Source: Macrostomum lignano | Lineage: Eukaryota | Assembly (NCBI GenBank): GCA_002269645.1 | Contig: NIVC01000393.1 | Coordinates: forward strand, 248,001 to 312,000 | Reading direction: 5' to 3' | DNA: 64,000 nt | Shown here: piece by piece, positions 50,595-62,800 of the stretch | How positions within the stretch are numbered: the stretch's first letter is position 1 | Layout of the letters: the number at the start of each line of letters is the position of its first letter | Made by a program: the position numbers and the translations under genes | Notes under the pieces: generated by a model | The model's input: only the letters and a program-made list of their open reading frames with translations | Database searches by the model: none | What the model was told of the DNA's origin: nothing

Positions 50595-52006
50595 TGCCGT
50601 CCTCAGGATGAAGTTTCTGTGGCTTCTGAGTGCTGATTTAATTGGATCCTGCAGCAACATAGAAATGGAATAGTTTTGTTGGTGCTCTACAGGTATTAGC
50701 GGGTTACCGTGTTCAGCAACGACGCAAAAAAGGTCTGTGTTGTCACAAAATATAAGCAGCATCCTAGGGCAAACGTGGTGTGTGTTCAAAAGTACTCAAA
50801 GTACTTATAAAGGTCATTCAAACCAAAAATCAGTTAAAAAGTCACAAGGAAGACCTCAATCTTGTCTAGAAGGTCATCTTCCTTCACGGATCAAGAATCA
50901 TGCAGACACACAGACAGGCATAACCAATTCTGTATATTTCAGGTAGGGACGGTTAACGGTATTCAAATGGGAATACCTACTAATTTTCAAACGTTGTAGC
51001 TGGAACCTTGAATCAGACTTGGCTTTGCTGCCGCTCCCGAACTCGAAGAGCTCTTTCTTCTTTTGCCATGCAACTCGGGCAGATGGAGAGCTGTTTAAAT
51101 AGCCGTTAAAGCCTCCAGCTTCGATTAAATGCATTGGTGCAATGCTGCCGCCCCGGCTCGGCTGTTTGCTCACCAGAGTTGATAAGGAAGCAGAGTCGGA
51201 CTTGAGCAAGTGAAGCAACAGTTGAGGCCGAACTAAGATTTCGTATGAGATTTGATAATAAAGAGAACACGTGTGTTTCTGAGATTCTGGGCCACCCACA
51301 TCCTTAGGCTTATTCTACTCGTACTCCCGTAGACGTGCCGCATCGATATGAATTTTGTCAGGCCCAGCTTCCCAGCTGCATCACACATTGGAGTAGTGCT
51401 TCAGACTCGATAGGCAACAGTCTGACTGAGGTTGGACTTAGCATAAATCCCGAGCTGATACCGCTGGGCCTTCGAACTCAGACTTTATGAAGTCTTTTCC
51501 CGTGAAACATAAGTCAACTCTGGTTGAGCAAGCATGAGATAAGAGCACAAATCTGCTGAGGCAAAATGTCAGGCATCGTGGTGTGACGGAAACTCTTTTT
51601 CTCGGAAGCTTATCTGTCACTGAAATTCGAAAGACAGCGAAAATTTCGCTTACAGTGTTGATGAAGCGGGATTCTGTGTGGGGTATGAAAGAAAAGCACA
51701 GAAATGCAATTGAAAATTTTATGCATGCGGGCTTCGCACATTCAAAAATCAATTTCGATGATTGCGGTGAAGTCATCGCCACAATCAGTCATTTTGCCTG
51801 TGGTTTATTGTCATCTCGTTTAACGGTTACTCAGATTGCTGAATAAGTAGTAGAAATTATTTATTAAAGCTGCTTGCAAATGACTTTATTGACCATTTTG
51901 GCAAGTAAAATAGTCAATTTTCACTTGAATCTCAAATAGATGACAAGTTTGCTTTCTTTAAGTGATCGTGTTGTCAGTTGGTCATTCATTTCTGGATCCT
52001 TGGCTG

Positions 52007-53489
52007 TCACTCCGAACGCTTTTTTAGGATATCCCGGTCCAGCATGAAGTCGGGGTACCTGGTGAACCGTTTCTTCAGAATGCCCCGGTCCAGCATGAAG
52101 TCGGGGTACCTGGTGAAGCGCTTCTTCAGAATGCCCCGGTCCAGCATGAAGTCGGGGTACCTGGTGAACCGTTTCTTCAGAATGCCCCGGTCCAGCATGA
52201 AGTCGGGGTACCTGGTGAAGCGTTTCTTCAGAATGCCCCGGTCCAGCATGAAGTCGGGGTACCTGGTGAAGCGCTTCTTCAGAATGCCACGGTCCAACAT
52301 GAAGTCGGGGTACCTGGTGAACCGTTTCTTCAGAATGCCCCGGTCCAGCATGAAGTCGGGGTACCTGGTGAAGCGTTTCTTCAGAATGCCCCGGTCCAGC
52401 ATGAAGTCGGGGTACCTGGTGAAGCGCTTCTTCAGAATGCCACGGTCCAACATGAAGTCGGGGTACCTGGTGAACCGCTTATCAAGGTGCTTGATGCCGT
52501 CGTCCTGGTGAACGTTCTTCGTATCATCATGGTGCTTCTCTGCACCAGTTACATCCAATCTGCAAGGGAGAATGCAAAACTTCAGAATTAGACCACATGT
52601 AGCTGAAGGTCAAGCAAGTCCAGTTGCATTCAGTGCCAGTATTTTCTTCAAGGGGCCACCTTATCACGAGCTAAACTTAATAAAAATGTAATCAAATCCG
52701 TCTCTGCGACCCTGGGCGTCTGTCTCTTGTCACGGAATTTTGTGTTACTACGCAGGCCAAAAGCTCCTCAGACATCTCAAGAGCTCTTCTGGTAAAAAGA
52801 GACCTTGGGCTTCTCAGTTTAGACCACAGACGCCCCTATTTATTCCAGATTATGTAAGCCCAATGATTAAAAGTTTATATACATTTTACAGTCCACTGGG
52901 ACTGCAGGTGATCTCTTGTCAGCGTGTGTCCCATCCCAAATCTTGGGTTTCAGATCTGAAGTCGCATAGGAAAGACTAATGCATTGAGAAGCTCTACAAT
53001 GAAAGCTCAAAGGCCAGAGGTGTCAACTCAGAATTTCGCTATCCGTTCAAGAATTCGTGTTCTATCCGCTTTCCTAGTTTTGAATTGGGTCCTCGCAGCA
53101 AGAGGCGGTCTGTTGTTAGACCAAAAATGTGTTGTAGCCTAGTGGTTAGAGAGGGGTTCGATTCTCAACCTACTTAAAAAATTGTATCCTTAAGCATGAA
53201 ATTTAATTCTGCATTGCTTCACTACACCCAGCTGTAAAATGGGTGCCAGCATTAGCTGGGGTAATTGAGGGTAAGTGTGGGGACCCCCAGTCCTTGGACT
53301 GAACAGCCGTACGCAGCCTTCAGATGCTTCAGAGCTGTCGGCTGCACATTTTCCCATTATGGCAGGTGTAATGAAAAATACAAATTTTAAGACGTGTCAT
53401 TTAAACTATTTAGCTAGGCAGATAGTTACTACAGGAACTCACACCACGGCGCCGAGCAGGACTATCGACAGAATCAATGGCGATCGCAT
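52007..53489 (-). CDS. Secreted neuropeptide-type precursor, 199 aa, exons 53489-53443 and 52559-52007, with 9 copies of FTRYPDFMLDR(G/D)IL
   Basis: Signal peptide MRSPLILSIVLLGAVVLDVTGA assembled across a phase-2 intron; KR/KKR sites; synonymous variation between repeats; AATAAA about 140 nt after the stop. Confidence 0.85.
53129..53371 (+). mobile_element. SINE family A, degenerate copy in the intron of the neuropeptide-type gene
   Basis: CCCAGCTGTAAAATGGGTGCCAGCATTAGCTGGGG shared with the other copies. Confidence 0.7.
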
Positions 53490-54014
53490 GGCAAAGCACT
53501 TTCTATAGTCAGAAGCGGAGCCTCTTCAGAAAGTTCCTTTCAGAAAGAGGGTCTTTTTAATTGTTGAGAGACTCTATCGCTGGGAAGCAGATGGCTCGGT
53601 AATGAAGACAAATGCGCTTGGAATAAAGGAAAAAGTTTTTATGCCAGCGACTCGGCTCTCTGGGCTAGAATGCGCCGTTATAAAGGGAAGCGTCACTGGG
53701 AACTCGCGCGCCTCCACACTCCCCGTCCCCTGCAGCAGTCGCAGCCATCGCATCCGCGCCTTCTCTCATCTTCCCAACCTTCCATTGGCTGCTGGGCCTC
53801 CTTGCCATTTTCCTATGCCTTTGCGGGAAAGAAATTGAGAAGCGTTTGAAGGATCGCCCGGTCTAAAGATGATTAATTGACAGGGTCAGAAAAGTGACTT
53901 CATACTGGCCATCTTAATTTAAGAATTGAGGGATGACCTGAAAGCGTATTGAAACTCAAAATTTGAAACTTAAAAAGTTAAGCGATTGGCATTAGCGCTG
54001 CGGTGGGATTTTAA

Positions 54015-56110
54015 CCCTCAGGTGGCAGAGGTGGGATGTGAACCCTCGGGTGGCAGAGGTGAGATGTGAACTCTCGGGTGGCAGAGGTGGGATGTGAACC
54101 CTCGGGTGGCAGAGGTGGGATGTGAGCCCTCGGGTGGCAGAGGTGGGATGTGAACTCTCGGGTGGCAGAGGTACATGTATGATGTGAACCCCCAGGTGGC
54201 AGAGGTGGGATGTGAACCCTCAGGTGGCAGAGGTGGGATGTGAACCCTCGGGTGGCAGAGGTGGGATGTGAACCCTCGGGTGGCAGAGGTGGGATGTGAA
54301 CCCTCGGGTGGCAGAGGTGAGATGTGAACTCTCGGGTGGCAGAGGTATGATGTGAGCCCTCGGGTGGCAGAGGTGGGATGTGAACTCTCGGGTGGCAGAG
54401 GTACATGTATGATGTGAACCCCCAGGTGGCAGAGGTGGGATGTGAACCCTCAGGTGGCAGAGGTGGGATGTGAACCCTCAGGAGGCAGCGGTGGGATGTG
54501 AACGCTCGGGTGGCAGAGGTGGGATGTGAACCCTCGGGTGGCAGAGGTGGGATGTGAACCCTCGGGTGGCAGAGGTGGGATGTGAACCCTCGGGTGGCAG
54601 AGGTGAGATGTGAACTCTCGGGTGGCAGAGGTATGATGTGAACCCTCGGGTGGCAGAGGTGGGATGTGAACTCTCGGGTGGCAGAGGTGGGATGTGAACT
54701 CTCGGGTGGCAGAGGTGGGATGTGAACTCTCGGGTGGCAGAGGTATGATGTGAACCCTCGGGTGGCAGCGGTGGGATGCGAACCCTCGGGTGGCAGAGGT
54801 GGGATGTGAACCCTCGGGTGGCAGAGGTGGGATGTGAACTCTCAGGTGGCAGAGGTGGGATGTGACCTCTCAGGTGGCAGAGGTGGGATGTGAACCCTCA
54901 GGTGGCAGCGGTGGGATGTGAACTCTCGGGTGGCAGAGGTGGGATGTGAACCCTCGGGTGGCAGCGGTGGGATGCGAACCCTCGGGTGGCAGCGGTGGGA
55001 TGCGAACCCTCGGGTGGCAGCGGTGGGATGCGAACCCTCGGTGGCAGAGGTGGGATGTGAACCCTCGGGTGGCAGCGGTGGGATGCGAACCCTCGGGTGG
55101 CAGCGGTGGGATGCGAACCCTCGGGTGGCAGCGGTGGGATGCGAACCCTCGGGTGGCAGAGGTGGGATGTGAACCCTCGGGTGGCAGCGGTGGGATGCGA
55201 ACCCTCGGGTGGCAGCGGTGGGATGCGAACCCTCGGGTGGCAGCGGTGGGATGCGAACCCTCGGGTGGCAGAGGTGGGATGTGAACCCTCGGGTGGCAGA
55301 GGTGGGATGTGAACTCTCAGGTGGAAGCGGTGGGATGTGAACTCTCAGGTGGCAGAGGTGGGATGTGAACCCTCAGGTGGCAGCGGTGGGATGTGAACTC
55401 TCGGGTGGCAGAGGTACATGTATGATGTGAACCCTCGGGTGGCAGCGGTGGGATGCGAACCCTCGGGTGGCAGAGGTGGGATGTGAACCCTCGGGTGGCA
55501 GCGGTGGGATGCGAACCCTCGGGTGGCAGCGGTGGGATGCGAACCCTCGGGTGGCAGCGGTGGGATGTGAACCCTCGGGTGGCAGCGGTGGGATGTGAAC
55601 TCTCGGGTGGCAGAGGTACATGTATGATGTGAACCCTCGGGTGGCAGAGGTGGGATGTGAACCCTCAGGTGGCAGAGGTGGGATGTGAACCCTCGGGTGG
55701 CAGAGGTGGGATGTGAACCCTCAGGTGGCAGCGGTGGGATGTGAACCCTCGGGTGGCAGCGGTACATGTATGATGTGAACTCTCGGGTGGCAGAGGTGGG
55801 ATGTGAACTCTCGGGTGGCAGAGGTGGGATGTGAACCCTCGGGTGGCAGAGGTGGGATGTGAACTCTCGGTGGCAGAGGTGGGATGTGAACCCTCGGGTG
55901 GCAGAGGTGGGATGTGAACTCTCGGGTGGCAGAGGTGGGATGTGAACCCTCGGGTGGCAGAGGTGGGATGTGAACTCTCGGGTGGCAGAGGTGGGATGTG
56001 AACCCTCGGGTGGCAGAGGTGGGATGTGAACTCTCGGGTGGCAGAGGTGGGATGTGAACCCTCGGTGGCAGCGGTGGGATGTGAACCCTCGGGTGGCAGC
56101 GGTGGGATGT
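54015..56110. repeat. 28-bp minisatellite (GGGTGGCAGAGGTGGGATGTGAACCCTC)
   Basis: About 74 units. Confidence 0.95.
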
Positions 56111-57324
56111 GAGTCTTCAACCTTTATTCAAGATCGTCTCAAATTCAGAAGCCACATAACATTCACTTACTTCTCGGCACCTCGATAATATGCTGAAAAT
56201 ATTTTTCCCACCCCTCCCCACAAAACAAGTGCACCCACTGAAACTGAAAATAATTGATTTGGCTAGAGAAATCAATCACTTTATTGTGGGTGGCAGTGAT
56301 GTATCTATTTTATTCCCTTCAATTCTCTCTCTCTCTACTTGTAATCCCGACCCTTTTTCCCCCAGTTTCCTTCTATATCGTTTCTCCTTCCAGCATCTAT
56401 CGCGAAACAGATGAAGCGAGCGGGCATAAACTGCCTGGATATTTCAGCTCGCACAGACAGGCAGGAGATCCCAGAACAATCCCTGTTCCCCCGACCCCAA
56501 TTGCACTATTTGATCAGCAAGGGGGAGGCAGCACACGGCTTGCTCTCTTTATCAGCCCCTGCTCGCGCTAATTGAGTTATAAGCGGACAAGAATGATGCA
56601 GGGAGTTGAGCTCTTGTCTGACCCTGTCAGGACTGAGGCAATTTAAATCCGGGCCCTGAGAGCCCAGAGCCAGGTTTAAAGTTTCTCGCTCCTGTGTGAT
56701 GACTTTTTCGACTAAAAACTTGCTTAAAAAGCTCATCGGCTAAACTTGTTCCGGACTTGTTACTGTAGGGGAGACTTTCTGAGTTTGTTAGAGTTCTCTC
56801 ATAGCTGCAAGCTCGCAAAAAAAGGTTATTAAAGTTTCAAGTGAACTTTTGCAACACTGTCCCGATGGGGCGTGGATAATCTGAGATTATTCAGACCTAG
56901 CGCACAAAAATCCATCATCCAAACCAGACACCGATAGCGGTGTTTGCAGTTGAAATATTGTGTCAATATGTACGTTTAATTAAGCAAATCGAAAGGTTTC
57001 ACCTGATTGGTCTGATAATTTATGGCGTCCGCGTTCTCATTTGAAAAACAAGTTTGACTGATCGGTCGGTCTGACTATTTTGAGCTGAACTGAGAAATTC
57101 GAACAATTTTATTTTTTTGCATTTCTCCCACAGCCAGCGGTAAGGCAGATCCGCCCCGTTCTGCTGACTCCCGAACACGCGCTCACGCAGGGTGTACCGG
57201 TACAGCTGCCCTGACTTTATTAATCATCAGGCATGTAAACTTGGAGGTACACCTTGGATGTTGGCCCTCATGAGTATGAATCGTACGACAAGACTGACCA
57301 ACTTAGATGAGTCCGCTCATGGAG

Positions 57325-57890
57325 GGTTGAGCAGCATACAGAGGGTTGAACAGCATACAGAGGGTTGAACAGCATACAGAGGGTTGAACAGCATACAGAG
57401 GGTTGAGTAGCATACAGAGGGTTGAGCAGCATACAGAGGGTTGAACAGCATACAGAGGGTTGAGCAGCATACAGAGGGTTGAGCAGCATACAGAGGGTTG
57501 AGCAGCATACAGAGGGTTGAACAGCATACAGAGGGTTGAGCAGCATACAGAGGGTTGAACAGCATACAGAGGGTTGAGCAGCATTCAGGCAGTTGAGCAG
57601 CATACAGAGAGTTGAGCAGCATACAGAGGGTTGAACAGCATACAGAGGGTTGAGCAGCATACAGAGGGTTGAGCAGCATACAGAGGGTTGAACAGCATAC
57701 AGAGGGTTGAGCAGCATACAGAGGGTTGAACAGCATACAGAGGGTTGAGCAGCATTCAGGCAGTTGAGCAGCATACAGAGAGTTGAGCAGCATACAGAGA
57801 GTTGAGCAGCATACAGAGAGTTGAGCAGCATACAGAGAGTTGAGCAGCATACAGAGGGTTGAGCAGCATACAGAGAGTTGAGCAGCATAC
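57325..57890. repeat. 19-bp minisatellite (AGCAGCATACAGAGGGTTG)
   Basis: About 30 units. Confidence 0.95.
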
Positions 57891-58168
57891 CTGTATAGCT
57901 AGCAATAGTTACGTGCCTGTAAACAGAGCGAAATTAAGATAATTGGCTTCCGGCATCAGAACTCAATGCCAGCCAGCAAGTATAAATACATATCACCTAA
58001 TTAGCAAGCCTGAAGCATTGTTAGAAAACAAGTTCATTCATCCCAATGCGAGTAGAAATATCTGGGAATTATATTTTTAAAAGGCAGGCGCATTTGCCTA
58101 TTTTCAGCCTTTATATATTCACCTCTTCTGTTTGCTAATTATGCAAGCGTCACAGGTGCCACAAATGA

Positions 58169-58481
58169 GGGGGCGTGGCCTAGCGGTCTAGCGTGGCGCT
58201 CTGATGTGCCAGCGGCCCAGGCTCGATTCCCAGTGCAGCTACACTTATTTCGGGGCTGAATTGGAATCTCGGCTTGGCTCTGCTCGGGCAATTAACGCCT
58301 TTAAGGACCAACCCCCAAGGCACAGTGAAGTGTACATGCCTAACGATAAATAAAGTTATGGTCGCTGTCTGTGCGTGTGACTGCGTACGTATCCGCGCGC
58401 TTGTGTGCCTGCTCAGGGGAGTCGGCGGACTGGGCAGTAATGCCTCTCGCCGGTTGTGTGACAATGTCGCTTAAAGTGCAC
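58169..58481 (+). mobile_element. tRNA-derived SINE family B copy
   Basis: Homologous to 44735-45076. Confidence 0.8.
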
Positions 58482-58919
58482 CCAGTTCCCTGCCAGTAAC
58501 AATGCATTATTCTACTCATTGTAGCAAGCAGACTTGGATTTTACATCAACCTAGAAAATATGAAAATAAGAATATTCCGCTTTAACTACGCGTTGCCTTT
58601 ACTACTACTAAAAGTAGCTGAGAAAAGAAAACTCTGATTGCATTAAATTCCAAAAGCTGGACGTTTGTTAAAATAATCTGGAATCAAAGATTGCATTTTA
58701 TTTTACTGGGTGCCTGCAGGCATGCAATTGAGTGAAGGAGGTGCTCAATGCTTTGGAAAAATCTGATTTGTTTGCTAGCAAACAAAATGCTACAATATGA
58801 TCACAATAAATTACAGAATGTGAGCTGAGCTATGCTAAATTGCTTGAGTAAATAAGGTGACAAGAGAATCTTTCAGATGTGCAGTCTCTTCTTCATCGTC
58901 GATAGACAGTTCTCGTCAC

Positions 58920-59650
58920 TATGACTATCCTCATCACCATGATCATCCTCATCACCATGACCATCCTCATCACCATGACCATCCTCATCACCATGACCAT
59001 CCTCATCACCATGACCATCCTCATCACCATGACAATACTCATCACTATGACCATCCTCATCACCATGACCATCCTCATCACCATGACCATCCTCATCACC
59101 ATGACCATACTCATCACTATGACCATCCTCATCACTATGACCATCCTCATCACCATGACCATCCTCATCACCATGACCATCCTCATCACCATGACAATAC
59201 TCATCACTATGACCAAACTCATCACAATGACCATCCTCATCACTATGACCATCCTCATCACCATGACCATACTCATCACCATGACCATACTCATCACCAT
59301 GACAATACTCATCACCATGACCATCCTCATCACCATGACCATCCTCATCACTATGACCATACTCATCACTATGACCATACTCATCACCATGACAATACTC
59401 ATCACTATGACCATACTCATCACTATGACCATCCTCATCACCATGACCATACTCATCACTATGACCATACTCATCACCATGACAATACTCATCACTATGA
59501 CCATACTCATCACTATGACCATCCTCATCACCATGACCATACTCATCACCTTGACCATCCTCATCACCATGACCATACTCATCACCTTGACCATCCTCAT
59601 CACCATGACCATACTCATCACCTTGACCATCCTCATCACCATGACCATCT
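58920..59650. repeat. 18-bp tandem repeat (CATCACCATGACCATCCT), open in a His-rich frame (HHHDHP)n
   Basis: About 40 units; coding status unresolved. Confidence 0.85.
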
Positions 59651-59858
59651 TAATCAGAATTAGCAGCTTCATCACTAAGAAAATTTGCATCACCATCAAT
59701 AGGATCCTTTCCAAATGAACACCAGAAAAGCTTTACGAGTCCAAGTAGTTCCCAGAGCTTGCATGCCTGCAACAAAATGTCATCATTAAACGTCTGTGAC
59801 CACTACTGTCTGCATTCCATTGTATCAGGACCTCCCCACAGAGTGACCGAGTGACTTC

Positions 59859-62800
59859 CTAGGCCAGACTGAAGTGCAGCTGCGTATTTGCCGGCAGCGC
59901 GGCCCGGGCGCTAAGAACCGCGTGCGGTGACACGCTGCAGCCCAGCAGGTTGAGGTAGACTAGATTCGGGCATCCGTTGGTTGCTAAGGCCGACAGGCCC
60001 TGTTGAAACGGAACCAAAATAACAATTTTAACATTGGTGAATATTCGTGAAGGTACCGAGATATTCACGCAATCGCATTGCAACTCTCACCTAATCCAAC
60101 TCTCAACCACCTGATCCGTGACGCAATCGCATTGCAACTCTCATTTGATCCATGACGCAATCGCATTGCAACTCTCATTTGATCCATGACGCAATCGCAT
60201 TGCAACTCTCATTTGATCCATGACGCAATCGCATTGCAACTCTCACCCACCTGATCCATGACGCAATCGCATTGCAACTCTCACCCACCTTATCTATGAC
60301 GCAATCGCATTGCAACTCTCACCTAATCCAACTCTCAACCACCTGATCCGTGACGCAATCGCATTGCAACTCTCACCTGATCCATGACGCAATCGCATTG
60401 CAACTCTCACCCACCTGATCCATGACGCAATCGCATTGCAACTCTCACCTACCTGATCCGTGACGCAGTCGCATTGCAACTCTCACCCACCTGATCCGTG
60501 ACGCAATCGCATTGCAACTCTCACCTGATCCATGACGCAATCGCATTGCAACTCTCACCCACCTGATCCGTGACGCAATCGCATTGCAACTCTCACCCAC
60601 CTGATCCATTATGCAATCGCATTGCAACTCTCACCCACCTGATCCGTGACGCAATCGCATTGCAACTCTCACCCACCTGATCCGTGACGCAATCGCATTG
60701 CAACTCTCACCCACCTGATCCGTGACGCAATCGCATTGCAACTCTCACCCACCTTATCCATTACGCAATCGCATTGCAACTCTCACCCACCTGATCCATT
60801 ACGCAATCGCATTGCAACTCTCACCCACCTGATCCATTACGCAATCGCATTGCAACTCTCACCCACCTGATCCGTGACGCAGTCGCATCCGCGAAGGCTC
60901 AGTCGGGTGAGTCTGGCTGAGCAGCCGCCGGCGCTGGCCAGTGCAGAGACGGCGTCATCCGTGACGTCGCAGCCGCCGAAGTCCAGCTCCAGCGGCGGCC
61001 CGGCCGGCCCGAGTCCGCGAGAGAGCCGCTCGACGCCCAAATCGGTGACGCGTCGGCAATCGCGGAGGCTCAGCTGCCGCAGGTTGGTCGCTCGGATCGC
61101 GATGTGAAAGAGGACTTCGTCGTTGATCTGAGAGCGATTGGTTACGGTTGGCATCTTGCATCGTTAAAACTTGATGTATATTGAAGTTTGATTGCAAAGT
61201 GTTCTCAAACTAATTTGCGCTGAAACTCTTAGGTTTTATAAATAAAGTTCGATTTAAAAGACTGTAGTCTTAGCTCGTGTTCTGTTTTGGTAGATGATTT
61301 TATCGGCTCTCCCAGTCTCTGGCCAGACCCCTCTAGGTGGAAGGTCCGCTAGACGCGAGCAGAAAGGTGGGTCTGCTGTTTCCATACCCGCGGAGAATAT
61401 GACAATGAAGCCTCCATATCCTGTACAGCGACGTTCAGCCAAAGTATGACGTCGATATCCATCGATTTAATGTAAAAGTACACGTCTGTCAGCGACGTTG
61501 CTATGCTAGACGTGTGCAGTCATTCACTCCAAGGTTCAGTGACTGGTGGACTCCCTGAAGGCTGGGTGCAGCGAATCAGACGCACGCACACACAACACAG
61601 CACACAACAGCAGGGCAAGCAATGAGGACTTACACCCTCGCAGCGGACCAGAGCCAGACTTCGCAGCCTTCGTCCGCACCGTCGCAGCAGCCGCTCCAAG
61701 CCGATTTCGCTGATCTCACGGCCGCTGTCGGCAAGCCGGAGCTCGCGGAGGCCGGGGCAGCCGCCGCCGGAGCCCAGCGCCGCCAGGCCGCTGTCGGTAA
61801 CATTCGGGCAGCGGCGCAGGCAAAGGCGGCTGAGGCGCGGGCACATTCCATCGCCGAGGGCGCGCAGGCCAGAGTCGTCGACGCCGCGACAGTCGGCAAC
61901 TTCGAGGCTGATAAGACGCGGCGCCGTCACCGGCAGGGCCAGGGTGACGCCGTGACAGGCCGCCAAGCGCAGATGGCGAAGGCGCTGGCAGCCGTGGAGC
62001 AGCTCGCGGGCGCCGAGCGCTGTCAGGCGCGGACAGGCGCGAAACGCGGCTCGCTGGAGACGCGGGCACCGGGAGCCAAGCAAGCTGAGCGCCCTGTCGG
62101 TCAGGGTGATGGAATTCGCCACGCTGACTCGAAGCAGGCCCAAGCAGTGCGGGTAGCTGGCGTAGCTGAGAATCTTCGTCACGCTGTCGATGGCCGCGTT
62201 GGCATCCAGGCGAGGATCGTGCAGCTCCAGGCCGGTCCACAGAGCCGGGTGCCAGGCGAGGCGGTACCAGGAGCGGCAGACGGCGGCGCAGCGGCACAGC
62301 TGAGGCGAGTCCAGGTAGCTGAAAGCCAGCAGGAGGACTCGGTCTGGCAGCTGCGGCTGCGCTGGCTCCTTCCGCTGCTGTTCCCGGAGCCAGCGCATGC
62401 ACTTTCCCGACGGGTTCAGCGCTGTCGCTTGGCAGTCCTTGACGTTCGCCTGTGGCTCTGCTCATGACATATGGTTTGGCAACTTTTTTGTTACTTTGTA
62501 GCTATTAAAAGAATTCCTTATAAAATTTACTAAAAGCATAAGTGAGACTTGTCAAAATCAAGGGAGCTGAAGTACGTACCTAAGCTTATACTGCCTAATT
62601 GCATTTTCATGATTTAACTCCTACCCTTCAAGTGACTAGATAAGACGGGCGCTAGTCAGTCGGGTGATGTATATCTATTGTGGTCCTGAATGTACGATGA
62701 ATACCTACAACCACCAAGAAAGCTTTTGTGTGGCTGTTTGTGCATTTATCGTATCACTTATCTGAATAGTTTGAGAATGGAGTCAGTTGAGGGCAACAGA

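Noticed and set aside
50898-51846. Short ORFs between the neuropeptide-type gene and the cyclase
   Set aside because: No motifs, interrupted by stops, and no phase-consistent splicing
54011-54020. TTAACCCT resembling a piggyBac end
   Set aside because: It is a variant of the 28-bp unit (GAACCCTC), with no matching end on the other side
62396-62398. ATG at 62398 as the FBXL7 start codon
   Set aside because: The frame extends to an acceptor at 62458 that joins in phase to an open exon at 63890-64000, so the true start is probably outside the window
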